Source: the human T2T-CHM13v2.0 reference genome, Homo sapiens. Taken from it: a DNA stretch of 64,000 nt. Shown here piece after piece: positions 58,561 to 64,000 of the stretch. The translations under genes and the position numbers were made by a program. Position 1 is the stretch's first letter; every line of letters starts with the position of its first letter. The notes beneath the pieces were generated by a model. The model was not told where the DNA came from, did no database searches, and was given only the letters and a program-made list of their open reading frames with translations. The stretch lies in assembly GCF_009914755.1 (NCBI RefSeq), contig NC_060935.1; one strand, written 5' to 3'.

Positions 58561-58990
<430 letters not shown>

Positions 58991-59214
58991 CCTGCCCAGG
59001 TTTTTTGATGGGCCATTCAATTCTCAGCTGAAACTGGGTATTAATCATTACCCTATGTAAAGAACCAAAGGTGAGCCTCCCTCTCCATCACTGCCAAATT
59101 ACCAGGGCAGGCGATCCAGCTGAAACAGAGATGGTGTTGGAATGTTTCCCCAAAGCCAGGGGGAAGTTATATCTTTGAGGTCAGCATTCTGACCTAAGAA
59201 TGAATTTTTCAGAA

Positions 59215-59690
59215 GGTATATTAATCAGGATTCTTTGGGCTGCAAATCATGGAAATTCATCTCTAGTGTGTTAAGGAAATAAAATAAAGCCCAACCATAA
59301 AAGGGGAGTTTGGAATTATTGGCTCACATAAATATGAAAACCAGGAGTATGGCTAGCTTCAGGAATGGCTAGATCCAGGCACACAAGTCAAGTCACCAGG
59401 AATCTATCTCCATCTCACCACTCTTTCTTCCTCTGTGTTGGCTTCCCTCTCAAGTTACTCTCCCCATGTAGTAGAAAAGTGACTTCCAAGAGTTGCATCT
59501 TGACATCATCAGCCCTGCTAGAAAATGTTGACCTTCCCAGTAGTTCTGGGGAAAGTACCAGTCTCATGTAGCTAACTGGATTATTTCCCCAACTCTGGAG
59601 TTGGGAATGTGGGGTCCGCCACATAGGAATTCCTTGAACTGAGAGTAGAGATGGGAGAGTCTCTCAAAGGAAATCAAGGTGCTGATAGCA
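59215..59690. mobile_element. MLT1 (MaLR) LTR
   Basis: tattaatcaggattctttgggctgcaa...ttattggctcacata...gcttcaggaatggctagatccagg. Confidence 0.7.
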
Positions 59691-60469
59691 GAAATGAGAG
59701 TGGCAAGACAGCAGTCAGTGAAAAATGAGGCCATGTACCCTGTGCAGTGAGCTCAGGGACTGATGTCAAAAAACCCCCAAACTTCCTTATGTGACCCAGG
59801 CTGGAAACTGATATTTAATCCAGCCTTGAAGGACACGTGATTTATTAAGAAACCAGTGTCTCCAGGAAGGGGTGAGGTGGACTGAGGCAGATACCCTGGG
59901 CTGATTTGGGTCCCCACTCCCTCTCCTTTTGGCCTTAGCTATGGAGACAGGATTTCCTGGAGCTGGACCTGCTGCTGCAGGGCTGGCTACCAGACAAGCA
60001 CTGAAACCCTAGGTCAAGGCCACATGCTACCAAAACAGAGAGACGTTTGCAGGAATGCAGCCACAGGGATAAAAAGAGGATGCTGAATTGTGATTAAAGC
60101 TTCCTGCTGTAATATTACAGGATGGTGGTAGGAGAGAGGGAGAGAAGTGGGAAAAATTAAGAGATTTTAGGTTCTGACAGCAAGAATCAAACACGGATTC
60201 AGAGCCACAGATCAATCCCTCAATTCCTGCACAAGAATGACCCGTGCCACTTAAGGAATATGCAGTGAGAAGGGGAGGCCAAGATTCACAGGACGACAGG
60301 AAGGAGAAAAGCGCGCCCAATATGCACTAAGATTGAAGAGATGTGTGCTATAAGCCATAAGATGTGCTTGACCACAGCATGGAAAATCTGGTCCTGCTAG
60401 AAGAGATATCCGTGGATGTAATTTATAGGGAAACCTCACTGAAAAAAAGCAGAATTCCCTGGAAACTGG

Positions 60470-61172
<703 letters not shown>

Positions 61173-62807
61173 ACCCCTGACATTCTCCCCATTAGGTAAG
61201 GTGATTTGAAAGGAGGAAGGTGGGGCTGAGCTGGGCAGTCCTCAGAGAATATGAGCGAACCACGGAGTTATGGCTGGAGGAGCCAGTGCTGACTGGGGAG
61301 TTGGAGGGAATGCAGACACACCGCTCAGCCTCCTGAATCTGAGACCCTGCAGGACGGGGGTGGGGCAGGCAGGAGGTCAGCACTCACAGAAGGTTCTCGG
61401 AGCAAGCCTGAAGCCAGGGGCTAAAGCCCTGGGGATACTCCCTTCCACAGGGAAAGTCTGGTCACCAAGAGGATTGGCACCTGCTGGCACCTCACAGGAC
61501 CCTGAACATGTGGTCAGATTGAAGGACAAACTAAGGGACGCCAATGACTCAGGAGTTTGAAACTTTCTGGCACACATTTTCATCGTGACCAGGAAGGCCA
61601 CCCTGTGGCAGATGCCCTCTGAAGAAGCTCAGTAAATGCATCATTGTTTTCCCTTTACAGGAGATGGGGATCTCAGAGCTGAGGCAGGCAGGGGCCAACC
61701 TACTGCTGGGAGGATCAAAGATATGGGGACGGGACTTGTCTCTGAAGGCAGGGGAAGTGAGAGAGGGGTCCAGATGGAAAATTCCACGAGTCCCACTAGC
61801 CCCTTTGGATGCTGATGCTTCTACATTTCAACCAGCAGTGGTTCCAAATCTCCATGTTTGTCTTCCCTGTCAAAGCTAAATGTGGGGGTGAGGAAGCAAC
61901 CAAGAGGATGCTTGAAGAGACTGCGGGGTGCCTGCAAGAAGGGGAGGAGCTTCTCCGGGCACGCTCACTGAGCTCGAACCCTGCAGGCTCATCCTGTGCT
62001 GCTGTGGAAATAAAGTGTGGCGAGGAAGCAGGGCTGTGGGCAGGGAGGACCTGGCCTGTGTTCCTGTGAGGCTGGGGTCATTTGTGAATATAGATAATGG
62101 ACCAGAGAGTTCCGAAGGTAGCAGGCCCATGGAGGCACCTGGGTCAGCAGAGCTTGTCAGGACCAGGGTATGGTGGGTTTGGGAGGAAAATAGAGGCACC
62201 CCTCTCAGTTCTTCATACTTCCCATGGCTCCATGGGAAAGAGCATGGGGGTTAGAGGAGGGGCAGGAACCAGAGAGCCAGCCGGCAGCCACTGGGCCAAG
62301 CAGTGGGCCCCTGGACCTGAAGGAGGGGCTAGGGGACAGACAGATGGCAGGGTAAAAGAAGGCCAGGCTGCCCGTATCTGTGGGAGTCCTGGGCAATGAG
62401 GGGGCCAAGGTAGGATTGAATCCCCCAGGAACCATACATATCACCTCTGTGGAGCCCAGCACATCACAGACGCTGCTAAGGGCAGACAGAACCAGAGTAA
62501 GGCCAAGAAGCCCTTTCCCCTGCAGAGTGTAGTCAGGCCAGCAGGAGATCTCACCAGACTGCTTCTCCACCCCCAGGTGCTAGTGGCCAGAAAAGAGAGC
62601 AGAGTGTGTAACTGGCATGCCATTCCCCATTCCACAGCAAGCCCTTCAAGCACAATTCTAGCCTGGCTGGGGTAGGAGGATTGCCATTAATTGGATAGGA
62701 GATTGAAGTTTTAAACTAGACTGATCTGAGTTGTAATAATTGAACAAGACCAATAATTGAACTTCAATTAAATAATTGAAGTTATTTAAAAGAAAAACCT
62801 CTATCTA

Positions 62808-63195
<388 letters not shown>

Positions 63196-64000
63196 TCAAG
63201 TAAAAATTCCTCAACAACCACTTGCAGTAACACAATGGCCACTGCCCTCCCATCTCTACTGGAGTGCCTCCAGGAAGCTGAGAAAAGAGCAACTGAACCA
63301 GAGTGCCTGCGAAAGTCCTGAGACTTACTCTGATCGGATCATCTTGGGTCACACGCCATGCCTGACCCAATCACTGTGGCTGAAGGATGGATGCACGGAT
63401 TGTTCAAGCCTAGGTCATGTTTTCCCCGCTGGAGTTGGCTTCCCTGGAACCGGAGTGATCCCAAAAGAAATGTGAGAACTGCAGGGAAGACAGAAGGAGG
63501 ATGAATGTGGGGGAAATACTGAATTGAGGATTTACCCCATTCTCTCACATGAGAGCATAAAGTTTCTGCCTCAGGAAGAGAGTGGGACTAAAACTAAAAT
63601 TTCAGGTGTTCTATAATTCTTAGAATAATAGCCACTGATATACTTAAAGACTGTGTTAAATAAATGGTTCATACAGAGTAACAGGGCAGAATTAAAATCC
63701 TCCAGTAAGAAAAGGGAGCGAGGGAGAGAGAGGAGATAGCAGAGAGTCCCTAAAGGGTGTCCAGGGCCTGACGACTGGGTGGGGCATCAAGATGGAAGGA
63801 GAACAGGGCTGAGCTGCTTCCGGAGAAAGCACATGTCTGATGGGAATTTTGTGAGGTGAAATTGTGAAAGTGATAGTGAAGGAAGCCACTAAAAAAAGCC
63901 TTCTCTTCTATTTCCCATAGGAAGCCATCAGTTAAAAAGTCAGTCTCTTCTGTCACAGACCACAGTGAGGAGACATGATGACTAAATGCAATGTGGTACC

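Overview
Human (primate) genomic DNA containing the 5' end of FCHSD2 (F-BAR and double SH3 domains 2; 11q13.4 from established knowledge) on the minus strand. Coding exon 1 (MQPPPRK, 34073-34093) sits in a CpG-island promoter (~33000-35430), and exon 2 (98 nt) is at 32247-32344. Positions 1-32246 are part of the long, AT-rich, L1/Alu-rich intron 2. Positions ~35430-64000 are GC-richer, MIR/L2-rich upstream sequence with no recognisable protein-coding exon. Nearly all ORFs in the track are Alu, L1 or CpG-island artefacts. I cannot support a new multi-gene system here. The most unusual signal is a 2.7-kb cluster of rearrangement scars about 9-11 kb upstream of the gene (43085-45791). It contains a 60-bp-arm near-perfect inverted repeat, a ~320-bp local duplication of a decayed L2 whose junction creates a canonical 3' splice site, a 51-bp tandem duplication and a half-deleted Alu. 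Also notable are an out-of-frame uORF overlapping the FCHSD2 start, a perfect (GT)31 and kB/E2F motifs in the promoter, a human-specific AluYb8, and a 5'-inverted L1. Repeat subfamily calls are by-eye recognition, and the boundaries of old repeats are approximate.
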